A stretch of 64,000 nucleotides of DNA from Saccostrea echinata (taxonomy: Eukaryota), in the NCBI RefSeq assembly GCF_033153115.1, contig NW_026889821.1, positions 1,612,001 through 1,676,000 of the forward strand, given 5' to 3'. The notes beneath the pieces are model-generated. The model ran no database searches. It worked only from the letters and a program-made list of their open reading frames with translations, and was not told the origin of the DNA. The position numbers and the translations under genes are program-made. This document shows, piece by piece, positions 39,424-52,959 of this stretch (position 1 is its first letter; every line of letters starts with the position of its first letter).

Positions 39424-39539
39424 TGTTATATACCTATTTTTTTTTTTAATGACTGCACTCTCATTAATTATTATATTTCAGGACGTTTCTAAACGGTTTA
39501 TTCTTCACACTTTGTTTACTTAGAAGAACTATGTCCTGA
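37885..39539 (+). CDS. Secreted/GPI-anchored 10-cysteine protein (copy B, 188 aa, 5 coding exons)
   Basis: Exons 37885-37944, 38220-38466, 38986-39102, 39275-39359 and 39482-39539; intron phases identical to copy A; all 10 Cys conserved; exon 3 identical at the protein level. Confidence 0.9.
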
Positions 39540-40036
39540 GTCTCATTACATTCTAGTCAGCGAATAGAAAGAAAATTAAAACATATCCTGTTCATCGTCC
39601 ACTGCCTCAAGGAAGATCTCAAGACTCGCTGAAGATTGAGAAACACGGTGCTACGCTGAAAGATTTTGTACTTTTCAGATAAAATCTCCAAGTGTAAGAT
39701 TAGTTCATTTTAAAAATTGCATGAGAGTACAGGCGTCAAGATTCTTGTGTGTATGAATGACATGTGTATCTGTGTAAAACTAGGTTGTTTTATTATTAAT
39801 AATATTGATCATATTTTAAATCATATGATTTGTATTGAAACATCTAAATGCTGGTCTCAATAAGTCAGTTGGCTCAAAACATTAACTAACATTTTGTGAT
39901 CGCTTGTGTGAATGGAATGTAGTTGTTTTATTTCTCTTGTAATATATTTCTTTGTTATGTAACTGTCGTTTATGTAAAATAAAAAATATATATATATTCA
40001 CCAGTATGATTATTGAAATGTTAAACTGAACCAAGA

Positions 40037-40129
40037 ACATTTGGAACCCTTCTGGTGTGCCCATTTCCAATGTACGTGGATGTGTGCTATATAAAATATG
40101 AATCGGTTGGCTATTAATCTGTCGTACAC
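40037..40129 (+). pseudogene. Remnant EGF exon paralogous to 32513-32647
   Basis: GTGTGCCCATTTCCAATGTACGTGGATGTGTGCTATATAAAATATGAA (VCPFPMYVDVCYIKYE) versus ICPFPMYGDGCQFRCE; ends at a GTAAGT donor; Cys residues lost and internal deletions. Confidence 0.6.
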
Positions 40130-41218
40130 GTAAGTGCGTATGCTTAAATGTTTTCCGATATATCAGACCCCCAATAACAAGACTATAGCCATTTAGACTC
40201 AGCTTTTTTTTATTTTTACCAGCATCCATGTTTTAACATAAAACTATTTTTGCAAATTTTACGTGATTTACGTCATTATTTTAATTCATACAACTATAAT
40301 TTAAAACCGATTAAAATGGTACCTTTTTTTTTTTTATTTTTTCACCAGATACCTTGTAATGGGAAGATTTCCAATGATTCAGTGTAAAGATCTCTCTCTC
40401 TCTCTCTCTCTCTCTCTTCTTATTTGTTTATTTAAATTTTTGTCAAAAGCGAGTTAAACTAGAGTGACAACAATAAATGTAAACAAAATGTAGCCTTGAC
40501 AGTGTTTTATTATTTCGAACAAGGGTCTAGTCCTAATAATCAAATAATTAATAATAATAACCAAAGAAAGTGTTCTTTGTCGCATTTATTCAAGCAAATA
40601 TAATACAGGGGGAAATGGGGGAAACTTGTGTTAATCGAATTTTTTTTTCAAGGAAAAACAACAATACAGGGAAAAATGGGTGGAAATTGTGTTAATTGTT
40701 GACACAAAAAAAAAGCCGTATTTGATAATTTTCCCTTCAAATGAAAATTTATTAGGCTGAATTTTTTTTTATTGAAATTCTTCTATCTCAAAAAAAAAAA
40801 AAAAAAAACTCTAGCGTAGAGTTCATAGCAAATCAAAATATTAAATACAGAATATATTAACCAAAGGAAGATAAAATCTTTTTTTTCACCAAATGTCTCC
40901 TTTTCATGTAGGCTTAAAGGTTAAAATTTGAATTTTCATTTATCACAAATTAATAACAATGCCTAGGAGAAAAAAAAAGCTTTTCTTCTAAGCATTGTAA
41001 ATACATGTAGATCTGTATCAAATCATAAGGGAGAAATATTTCACTTTCTCCAAGACTATTGAAGACAGAGATCTTTTCTAAAAGCCATTTGTTCTTTGAA
41101 CGCACCTTCTTATATCATAATTGATGTGCTTTCATAAATACATGTACGTGTATTATGTTGTTAGATATACATATTGAGATGTCTGGAACTTTCTGAGTTT
41201 ATTTTAGAAGAGCAGATT

Positions 41219-41398
41219 AAATAATCAAAGAAATAAGAGAACCTCATAAATATAAATGGAAATGTTCCCGTAAAATGAAAGACAACTCTTTTTAACCTAT
41301 TTAATTATAAATAATCAAACAAATAAGAGAACCGCATAAATATAAATGGAAATGACCCCGTAAAATGAAAGACAACTCTTTTTAACCTATTTAATTAT
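41219..41398. repeat. Recent 90-bp tandem duplication
   Basis: ATAATCAAA...TTAATTAT at 41221 and 41311, few mismatches. Confidence 0.9.
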
Positions 41399-42739
41399 CG
41401 AATTCAAATTGAAAGGGTCAAAATATTTTCTTTATTTGGATTCTTTTAAATATTCATGGATTTGTAAGCATGTTCAGCCTACAGTAACTAGCCGTCTCAT
41501 AAAACACAATTGATCATCCACATATAATATATAAACTCTATTCTTGTCCTGCATAAATCGATTTGATCCCTAGAACTTTACACAGAGTTCGCCCCAACAG
41601 TACACAGCCATGATTCTGCATAATTCTATTGATCTGTTTTGGTTCCTGGAGAATCAAAGATGATGGAACCTCTCTATGGGAAAACTATAGCAATGGCCGA
41701 ATTAAGCGATCATTTACCGGGATGGATGCTATCTGTTAACGAACAGTTTCGTAAATATATAGATTTACTGTTCGGAAGATTTCCTGAAAATGTGAAAAGA
41801 CAAGCAATAGGAGTCCTCTTCATCCTTAGGTAGTATTTCATTTTTACTTTCTTTTGGTTTTCTTCTTTAACATGCTAGATATCCGAGTAGTAAATTTTTC
41901 TGATTCTGATTTATTAATATAATAAAACGAATTAGCCAACCTCTGACTTCAAAATACTTAACATTATTAGCTCCATTTTCATGCGTTGTAATATGCACTG
42001 GATATCTTGAATAAATGTACTAGTAACTTAATGTATTATATCTACCTAAGCTTGGTTGCAAATATTGGTTAATATTCATACACACGAGCAAGCAGAGCAA
42101 TGAGCAATGGAATGATCATGTAATTATTGACGATATATTCTACTACAACGCAACGACGACCGCTTTAATTTGCTGGTTATGATTCCCGAGAAATCTTTTG
42201 CAGATCTTTGGTATTTGTTTTGCTTAAGGTAACCCAAACAGATATAAAAACTGAAGAAAGAAATAAAAGGAATACTTTTTATTATATGTGTAGTCAATTT
42301 TAATTTCATGCCAATTTTGAGGAAAATATAGAACTAGGGTTTTATTTAACATGAATAAATGAAGTAAATATATAGATTAAATTTAAAAGTACCAAAAATA
42401 AAATAAAATAATAAAAACAGAAGTTAATTAATGAATATATACATATATTGATACAAACTTTAACATTAAAATTTTCGATGAAAAAAATAATAGTAATAAC
42501 AAAATGCTTCTATTGGAAAAAAAAAAACAAAAAAAAAAAAACAAAAAAAAAAACACCTCCATTGAACACTGAAGTCGTCAGTGAAATTCACACATGGATT
42601 GTCACATCGCCGTAACAGCTGTGTGTCTCTACATCTGATTATTTCTTGTTATCGATCTACTGTTACCTGATGAAGCCTTTCTTAAAACGTGTGGATTTCT
42701 GATCTGCCCTGGTAAATCTCGTTAATTAGTGAAATCAAA

Positions 42740-45628
42740 ATGGAGATAAGGTAATCACGAGCTAATTTTCTAATTAGTTAGTGGTATTTAATCAAATTTC
42801 TCCTTCAACGTTAACGATTCACTGTGTGATGCAAGAATGAGGAAAACAGCTTTAAAGTGCGGCTTTTTTTTAAGCTCAGTAGTCTTAAAATCGATTTTTA
42901 AAACATGTTGCAAGTAAATACAAAAGGCTTTCGTTATTTTCATATTGTGCAGATGAAAAAAAATTTAAAAAAAGTTTTTGGGACATCATTCTCAAGCGTA
43001 ATTTGTAATTGGCCCCAAAAGCCTCGCATCAACGTGTAATAAGTAAATGTAACATATTGGCCCTCTCAATCAATACTCCTTTTTTATATACTTACTGTTA
43101 GGAGTTAACGTTCACTACTTAGAAAAATTGATGTTTGTGGTTTATCGATGGTCGGGGAAATCAATTCTAAATACTTAATAATGCAAAGTATGGTTTATGA
43201 GGTAATTTCTACAAATACATTTTTGCGAGAAAGAGGGGAAGAAAGAAAGAAAGAGCTTGCTATTCTCTTTTAATGATCTATGCACATATCTTATTTACAT
43301 TGTCAAATTGAAAAGTCAGAATTTAATATAGTTTAGTTACATTTATTTCTCTCTTGACATTACAACATATTTTAAATTTTATTCAACCTTGTCAAGTCAT
43401 ACGGAATACAAAAAATGATGTAAAAAAAGCAAAATTAAAATCAAAATGCGTGAAGTTTTTGATGCAAATTGCATATACGCTGACATAGAACTTTTATAAG
43501 AGATTCTGATTATCATATTATCATAATTGACAAAAGATATTTCAACTGTTAGAAAATTACTTTTTTCAGCACAGTATTTTCTGTGATTGGAGTAATCGCA
43601 TCCTTTCAGTATGTTTGGACGGCTTTAGCTTCCGATTCACACTCAGACACAGTCACCCACGATCCAACCAAGGAATGTCATAAAGGGGACGAAGAATCGT
43701 GTCCCTGGTTCATGATTTTCACAGAAATGAAAGACAAGATCAATGTGCTTGAAAGCAGTTTCAAGGATCAAATCTCGCTGAGTGAGAATTTAGAGCGGGA
43801 TTTTCTCAACCAATCAGAATTGAATTACATTTTGACTGAAAAATTGAAAATATTTTTCGAAAAATTGGATAATATATCTTTACATTGTGGTAAAGCTGAA
43901 GCACAGGCAGCTGAGATAACTTCTAGGATATTTTTCGATGGTAAGTAACCGTTTACGTGCTTTTTACTTATATGAAATTGAAATATCAATTTTCTGTATA
44001 TCCTACGTCAGGTTTTTTTTCCCCTAAAAAACATGCGTGTTAATAGTGTTTTTTTTAAAATAATAAACAATTGTACATTGTGAAATCTTAACTTCCAACA
44101 TAGGTGAAGCAAGTAATGTTTTATGTATTAAAAGTACAGGTACAGTCAGTCACTAACGACAAATTCTTGTATGATAAAGGCATCATTAACATTCTCTTTC
44201 CCTATTTCTTTTGCAGAAGTCATTTTATACTTCCTATTGACAGTAATATTGTTTGAGATTTTCACAAGGATAAGACCCCATAGTAGAGAATGGAAGGAAG
44301 CAATTGAGGTTAATATAAGAAGATACTTGAATAAATCAGAAGTAACTCATTCAGAAGCTATGACTGGCAGTACTGCATCAACACAAGAAGACGCCACAGA
44401 CAATGGATCTGAAGTTATACCCAATGGCGTCATAAAAGACGAGAAAGAAAAGAAGGTAGGAACATGATTTCTAAAATAAAAGACAGTTTTAGCCAATGTT
44501 CGGGAAGGATATAGATGCATGAATATTAACTGTGTATTATCTCATAATACGCTGCAATGTGACAAGAGTTATCACTCTACTGACATTACATTTGTGTTTA
44601 TTTAATTAGCCTAATTCTTATCACATAGTGCATGATTTCATAAATGAATAGCATTTTGTCATTTATAGTCTGAATCCAGTCAATACTTGAAATCATTCGA
44701 TTTTTTACTAGTCAATGATAATGTTCCTACTCGTTAATCTATCTGAAATATTAGAAATCTGTTGTTTTTTTTAAAGAATGGAACACCTACCCATACTGCA
44801 CCATCAACGCCTAAACACGGAGTCCTAAGGAACGAAATGTGTATCGTACTTTTCCGGAAAGAATGTCTCAGTATCTACAATTCTGTTATAGAGACACTAT
44901 TATCTTATTTCACAGAAATTAAGATTGCGTCTGCGCCTTATTACGTTATTGAAAGTTTTAATGACATTAGCAAAATACCTCACGTTAAATTGTTTATTCT
45001 TGTGTGTGATAACACCTTGAATTATGGAAGCGGGAGTAAAGATCTGAGATTAGCAACTGTCAAAGTACTTAAAACTTGGGGAGGTAAGTCATAATAGTTT
45101 TTTTATATTCCTTTCGTCTCTTCATAGAAGCGTGAACCATTTATATTGTATAACTGTTAAATGATTCACAATGCATGTAGATGAACTTTTGTTCGTAATT
45201 TATCGGAAATGAAAATTATATCATTTTAACTGCAAAATTCTGATGATCAAAATTGCAACGAAAAAAGTAAAAAATACACTCAAAATTAAAAAGAACCTGC
45301 ATAAGTACATAAAAATTGAACAATTTTAGCAAATTTTCTACATTGTAACGTTTAATTTCATTTTTTAATTGTCACAGCTGTGCCGATACTGATTATAGGC
45401 AAAGACGAGGAATCAAAGAGACTGACTGGACACACACAATATAATGGAAATCTAAGATTTGTCTTCTCAAACGAGCTGGTGCAAGACCACGCGTCAGCTG
45501 GGAGGGTGTTCAGCTTTTGGAAGGAAATGTCCCCTCATCAAATGAGCCATCTCAGGAAAATGATAAAACCAATCCTCAATGAGGTCAAAACAATCCCCCA
45601 GCTCAGGTATATTACACTGACGAAGTGA
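42740..45628 (+). CDS. Type I membrane protein: coiled-coil ectodomain, TM, cytoplasmic TIR/SEFIR-like alpha/beta domain (404 aa, 6 exons)
   Basis: Exons 42740-42750, 43570-43940, 44104-44139, 44217-44455, 44777-45083 and 45378-45628. GT-AG introns, phases 2,1,1,0,1, open throughout (1215 nt). Signal MEISTVFSVIGVIASFQYVWTALA; TM VILYFLLTVILFEIF. The domain call is inferred from the secondary-structure pattern only. Confidence 0.82.
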
Positions 45629-48600
45629 AGATATATATGATTCAAGGGAGAGAAAAAAATGTTTCCGGATGTATTCGGATTCTGTTCTTTGATTCGATGG
45701 AAGACTTCAGCTTGTACATGTAATATGTGTAAAAAGCATTTGATTTTGTACGCTAAACGCTATGTGCCATATTCGTTTTGCCTTGTTTCTCAAGTATTTT
45801 TGTTTTTTTGAAGAAAGAGGGTTATTTTGCGAATGACGGTATCTATACGACGCTCTTGATTTTCAGTGAGTATGGACAATCCTTATACATGAAACAGCTT
45901 TCCTAAGTTTCAGTAACACCATGTTTTTGTCATCAAAGACGTATGTTGCAGTCGTATAAGCAAAACTTCGAAAATCACATGATAATTGATGTTCCTGGAG
46001 TATATTTTCAAGAAAACAGAAATAGAAAACATAAAAAAGGATTTTTCCCCTTTATTAACATTAATATTTACCAATTTTAAAAGAATCAATAACAGAGTTG
46101 TGAATTGTAGCGTCTTACCCTTTGGTGAGTAGTATGTTCCAGGTTAGCGTCATTTCTCAAATTTGCCTCGATTGGGACACTGACAAATACGGATATTACA
46201 TTGAAGCACAGTGTGTAGATGAAGTTCAAGCGCATGGACATTGGAGAAAACGCGTTTCAATTATGCAGTTTTGGTGCTTTTATTTTACGATAAACACGTG
46301 TACTTCCATTTTTTATATAAAACATTCAATCGTTAATTGTACAATGTGTATTAATGAAATAATTTTTTTTTTCCTCAGATATCATTATTTTCTAGGTTTG
46401 TATGTGTTTTTTGTTACAAACAAATATACCAGGTTAAGTTTTTCTCTTGCCCTATTTTGCAGAAATGTACTTCAATATATCGATTGGCAATGCTTTGTTT
46501 AACTTTTCCTTTCAATAGTAAGGAAGGGAAATTAGTCGCCTATTATTATTATTCTCTTAATGAATATTATAAAAAGGGATTCAGTTTCAACATTATTTTT
46601 TTCTTAATAGTAATACGCAAAAAGTTTATTTGTATTCTCATTTTTTCTGATCTTTATTTTATTAGAAAATATACATATTAGAAATATTAGTAGAAATATA
46701 CATATGCATTTTTCCCATGCATACCGTCTTGTATATGACATACGCAGAGAGGAAATTCGTGATAACATGAATGCTTATTGTAACAATGTTTTTTTTTTTA
46801 TTATTATTATTGTGCTAAAATGCCATCCAGCGCACATGTGGTGTTCGATGATCTTTTTGCCTTGAAATCGTAGATAATCTCTGCATAATAATGTTTGTTT
46901 GAAGAACAACAATTCAAATTCTTTTTATTCCTTCAGTATGTATAGCAGTTTTCGACGTATAAATGCTGGAAAATGTCCATACAAAAGTTAACTTTCCTGT
47001 GCTCATGATATGCATGTATTTTTTTTTTTTTCAATCTTGATATTTTACTTCAAGTATTTAAGTAAATGTACCAGTTTCTCATTTTTTTGGATGTATCCAT
47101 TATCCAGGTTTTATCATTATATGTGTCCTGTCATTTTGATTTAAATATATTTGGAAAGCATTTTTCTTAAGTTAAGCATATCTATGGATTAATCTAATCT
47201 TGTAATTTTTCCATAATTATGTAGTAAAATATGTAAATTCTAATTATTTGATGTTGTAGAACGATATTGTCAAACTTCAGAAATTCTTTTTAAAATCACA
47301 CAGCAAAATTTGTATTCTTTTTTTTTTTTTGAGTAGATGGAAGCTTAGATGACGCTGAACTTGTGAAAAAAGCTTTATGGGGTAAATTTGTATACAGACA
47401 CTGCATATTTGGCATTAATCTTAAATTAATGTTCTTACCATTCAACTCTTAAATATTTAAAATTAACTTCCCTAAACCATTTCAAAAGTCCTTTAACGCT
47501 TAAAATACCAAGTAACTCAAAAAAAATCGTTTTAAACAAAAACAGATCCCCTCAAACGCATTCCTTTTTACAAGAACTGCAAGAAAGACAACTCTGTACA
47601 CCTTCACATCCTCGATCGGATATTAAAGTTATTCCTCAAACTTTATCATAAAGAAAAAGGGGGTTTAAAACACGGAGGATTTGTTTAGAAAAATAATTCG
47701 TGGTACATTTTATCTTCTTTCACCTTACACGAGAAGAGTTTTTTTAAGAAAGTAATAGAAACGGATATGTTTAAGTTCATCTTATTTTGAAGTAACATAC
47801 ATGTATTCAAGTAGAAAATGAGATTTGTACGTAGCCACATACTTTCTCAATTTAGTTGCTTGTATATTTTGTAAAATATTGCCGGTTTTTCTTTTAAACC
47901 ATTTCTTTTAAATTCATTGAAAACTTTCAAGACTCAAGCTTATTTTTTTACTACTGATATGTAACTGGAAATATAAAATTTCACAACTTTAATTTCTTTT
48001 CAATTTAGAAGGATCGACAATTTTGAGCTTCTTATTATAGATTGTGCATTGTTTGATTCACGTTCAGATATTAACAACGCGGTAAATCTGAAGTGTATTA
48101 TTTGTTCCAAATGACCCTCTCCTAGACGTACGTATCTTTAAATATCACTTAAAATCCAACTAATGTCGAGATGAACTACTCTACCGTGGAAAACACAACA
48201 CACCGCCTGCATTTAAGGGTTTTAAATGCTTAAAGAATCATACACAGCATGTACTTAGTGGGTCATCCTAAAGTACCGGGTTTTACATGCATGTTTCTAA
48301 ATGTTTCACGTGTCAAAAAGGCATGGTTAAGATGTAATTTACTCCATCAAAGTGTTGTATTTGTTTTGGTTAAATACTAAGTGAATGTCTTTTTTAATAT
48401 TATTATACATGTATTAAACCTAGCTCGTAAAGTGTTTGCTGTTTGAAATAGATGCAAGGGTCAACCTTTTTAATTATAGAAAGAAGTAAGTTTTGTTGAA
48501 ATTTTAACACTTTCGTTTTTTTTAAACTGAATGTCAGGCATTTCTTATGTCTTCGTTAACAAAATGCAAAAAAACTATTGTAATTAATTTCTTAACACTA

Positions 48601-50769
48601 ACCAGTTAATTTGCATTTAAAAAAACTATTTTACCCCAATTTCTTTAATATATGGAAAGCTTGATTGTGATTTTTTTAATGTCGGATATTGACAAGCTTT
48701 TAGGCTTTCTAAACTTCTTTCTATGGTATTTTTGATAATTATTATAATCATGTCTTTTAAGATTCAATATATTACATTTAAGCATTGAAATCTTATTTTT
48801 GGATGTCCTTGACGTATGACAGCACCTGGCCGTGCCGACAAATTGAATACAACGCCTTAGCGAGGTCTGATAATTTGTGGCCCTGACAGGTGCTGTTATA
48901 GGACCAACGACATCCAAAACTAAGAATTCAATACTTATGTTCACATTCTCTGATTTTCTGTTTTCGTATTTGTTAATTTCGATTATCTTTATTATGAATT
49001 TAGCGCCTTTCAGAACTGGTTTGCTAATAGACGTAATAGGCGTTGTGACGTGGAATATAGAATAACGCAAATGAATATTGAGAGAGAAAAATGACAAATT
49101 AATTTCAAAGGTAGAGTTGTTATATTTGTACGATAATTTAAAAGGGCAATTTTTTTTTTAAATTGAGCCTAACAATATACATTTGGTATTCCTAGAGTAT
49201 TGAAAATACATGTAGTTCCTAATGTGTATTCTCCCGCGCAGTGTCAAGGTTTTTGTGTGTTATAGGGTATTGAATGTTAAAGATTTCCAATGGATTTCAT
49301 TAGCAAAATTACTCTAAATGTAAATATACAACATTGACTACAATGTCTTTATTCTAGATGTAAATTAAAGTGAATAAGTTTAATCTCAATAAGCTTTTAA
49401 ATATCTGTATATTCTACAATTCGGACCCAATAAAACTATAAGCTGTATTAAATAGAGACACACTGCGACAAGTACCTCTCCTTTTATTTGTTCACATTTT
49501 GCCTGTGTAAATCCGACGAGGTAAGAATAGCTCTTCGCATTATCATTTTACCGCCATTTTGGAATTCACGTGACGATGAATTGGACATGGTAAATCCTCA
49601 ATGCTGCCACCACTAACAACATTGTTCTTATACAGACCGGCTGTAAACCATGCGTATATGAACAACTGCTGCAAAAGATATCAAAACAGGACTTACCTGC
49701 GATTATTTTGAATACTCAAATTATTTTAGTTTATCTTCAAATAATATGCTTTTCATAACTAATATTAAAAATCTGATGAAAATTATGAAACGTCGATGAT
49801 AAGAATATTGCAAAAGTAAATTGCTTAGAGTTCTTTCTTCACCCTTTACCAATTCGAACTTGATTTTATGAAAATTAAAATACCTACGTAAGGCTAATAT
49901 ATATTAATTGATAACAATCTTTAGACGGAGTCATCTTCTGTTAATGTAGAAAAATATTAACATTTACTCCAGATCGTGATTAATATTTCCTGAACAATTT
50001 TTTTGACCCGAAATTAATTATATTTTGATATTCTATTTGTAAGCATGAAAGAAAATAAAAAAAATACGACATAAGATTTTATGTTTCTGTCGTTCAGATT
50101 CCTAACACTATTTTTAAGAGTATCGGCTTTTCACTTAAAAAGATGTTTAATAATTTAGGATTCAGAAACGAAATTAAAACAAATGTTTGTAATAATTTAA
50201 ATTTAGGAACTTCAAGTTAACTCACCTGATCTCGACAGTGGGCCTTAACTCGTTTTCTCCAGGTTGTGAAATGTTCATGATTACTTTATTTTTTGTCTTA
50301 TAACATTGCTGATCTACAAAGGATACAATAATTGAAAATATGCATATTTCTATTCATTTATCTTCAATGGATTCACTCTTAACAAAATATACTACCGTTC
50401 ATGTAAACTAGAGATACATAATTATATTTACAGTTTACCTAAGTTAACTATTGTAAATCAAAGTCTTTCACAATAGTAAACCAACGTTTTCAAAATCACT
50501 GACCTGCCATGGTGATCACTATATTGTCAAAGACAAACTATACTAAATAAATGTGTCAAAGTTTTAGAAGTGATAACTCTAGCTATTCAAAATTTAAAAA
50601 AAATATATATTGCTAAGGATATACAACAATTCAGATCAGAATGAAATTTGACACACATATAGTCATACACATGTTCTATAAATAGCAGATATTAAATAAT
50701 ATTTTGCTTCGTGTTTGTGACGTCACAATGTGAAAATGACGTCAGTATGTAGGTCACTTGTGACAAAAA

Positions 50770-51540
50770 ATGGTTGACTCAGTCGTACTCGAGCAACGAA
50801 CGGCTGTAAAGTTTAACGTATATCTCGGAAATTCCTCTGCAGTAGAATATGATAATTTGTACAAGGTTTATGAAGACAAAAGACTTACCAGAAATTCAAT
50901 AATTAATTGGATTAATTGTTTTATTGAAGGCAGGGAGGTGGTTAAAAATGATGTTTGTTCTGTTGACCAGCGAAAGCAAGCCGGTAAAAAAATGTGTCCT
51001 TAGTTGAGCAATTTGCTTTGAAAGATGGCCAAGTTACAGTAAGAGAAATAGTCGAATATCTGAGCAATAATATAATTATTAAATCCCTGAAATATCGTTT
51101 ACTTTAGACTTTAAACATATGAGATATGAAAAAAAGAAGGCGCCCATTCTTTCTCCACATTGGATTCTCGACGCTCCCGAGACAGAGGACTCAGGTTGTG
51201 ATGATCACCATGCTAATTCTGGGAAGGGATATCCTTATCCACCCATCCTATTGCCGAGATTTGGCCATTTCTGACAGATGGTCTGTTCTTGTTATAATAA
51301 ATTACTTGCATGGTAAGAAGTATAAGACTCGGAAAAATCTCTTAGCTTCTGTGAACAGACCGCTACGAAGCATGTCACGTGACCGCCTGGATCACGTGAT
51401 TCGCGCATGGGCAGAACAATGGCAGATGTACATTAAAATTGGAGAGGACAACTTTAAAAAATAATGAACACTGAAACCTCATTTTATTTCTTTTAAGGAA
51501 GTTATTCAATTAGTTCGCGAACTTTTGATCACCCCTCGTA
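50770..51540 (+). mobile_element. Degenerate mariner transposon (internally deleted; right TIR retained)
   Basis: EQRTAVKF...W...FIEGRE HTH region; HPSYCRDLAISD matches the mariner HPPYSPDLAPSD motif; ends AGTTCGCGAACTTTTGATCACCCCTCG followed by TA. Confidence 0.88.
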
Positions 51541-51677
51541 ATTTTGTGATAGAAGCCTCAGGTCATTTCACAACAAAGGTATCATCCGATGTTGCTGACT
51601 CTCTCATATTATTTTTGCAAAGACATCTGATGATGTTTTGTATTTAGTATAAAGTTTCATGCAATTTGTATACAATA

Positions 51678-52720
51678 CGAGGATTGTCCTGTAAAATCGT
51701 GGACAAAGCGTTTTAATCGAAAAACAATGGGCGCCCTAAGTGAAAATGTTCAGCAAAGTTAATATATCATATTTAAGTACATATTAGTTTTCGAATAATT
51801 TATAGACAAAAAATATTATCATTGAATGAGCACAGGATACGGTCCTACGGTGAACGATAAAAAACAAGGGTTTCATTAGAGAAAACTCGAGTATTTTTTT
51901 CGGAAGTGAAATATGAAATGGACAAGGTTGGAATAAAAATTAACATACTTTTAATTCAATATCTATTATGTCGTCATTTGGAAACTGCCAAAGCATTTGC
52001 TTAATTTTAACAGCATTGGAGATGAGAAACTGATAAATACAACACACGAAAAAAATATCGACGCTTTATGACGTAACGGCGCACCGGAGAGCAGTTCAGT
52101 TTGATTTAGATTTAGTAATAGCTCCCTAAGAGACTTCAAAAGACTACAGAAAGAAACAAACTATAAATATCATCACACGTAGGTACTTAGGGTGCTTAGT
52201 GTACATGTGAAATGAGAGTTTTCTAAGAAAAGTTTTCGATCGAATCCTCGGGAATAACAAAACGTACGGACAAACAGCTACAAACAATACGTTTTAACTG
52301 TATACCGTCGATATAAGATTGCTTATTTAGTTGAATGATAGAGTGGGTACTGAAAATAGCTTACTAATGAATCTTCAGAAGATCCCGTGTGTTTGCAAGT
52401 TTGGTCCCTCCACAATTTCTGGAGGAATAAACGGAAACTCGAGTATGTTCTTCAGTGGAATTCTCAAATTTAATTTGGGCTAATCAACATTCTTTTAGCA
52501 AAGAGAAAACGTAAAGCTGCTTTAGACACTTTGACGTTGTCATCCGTGTGCCGTAAGGCAATACCATCACATGTTCTATTTATTTAAAAATATATTTATT
52601 TGAAATGTGCTATGTTCATTGATGAAAAATGTACTAAAGAGTAGCGAATATTTTAGAACGCAGAAATTATTATTTTTTCACTCTTGACAACTTGTTCACG
52701 ATTTTACCTGACAACATTCG
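51678..52720. mobile_element. Mariner-derived non-autonomous element (about 1.04 kb)
   Basis: TIRs CGAGGATTGTCCTGTAAAATCGTGGACAA / TTGTTCACGATTTTACCTGACAACATTCG; flanks TA / TG. Confidence 0.7.
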
Positions 52721-52959
52721 TGCTTTAAAAATGTTTTCAGCTTGATAGAATTTTGAAACTTTGTATGTCAATTTAAAAAAAAAAAATAAAAAACTGGCAA
52801 AACATTTCTTAAATGAAAAATGTTTGACTTTCAATTTAATTGTTCTTTTTATATGAGTAAGTCATATCATATAAATGTCATTAGGTACATGAAAACATAC
52901 AAGATGTTTAAGGTAATCATCTTATATACAACGATATGAAGTGCAATGAATGATAACTC

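Noticed and set aside
41639-41833. 64-aa ORF ending near a possible donor, upstream of the TIR-like gene
   Set aside because: No homology cue, and the downstream gene already has a consistent ATG and signal peptide; an alternative first exon cannot be excluded.
46122-46681. ORFs downstream of the TIR-like gene
   Set aside because: Low-complexity F/I/Y-rich translations typical of AT-rich 3' UTR or intergenic DNA.
48645-49097. 150-aa minus-strand ORF and overlapping 62-aa plus-strand ORF
   Set aside because: AT-driven composition, no recognisable motif and no phase-compatible neighbouring exons.
49770-49800. CTGATGA...GAAACGTC minimal hammerhead ribozyme (similar cores near 45240 and 61886)
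   Set aside because: Stems I and II cannot form.
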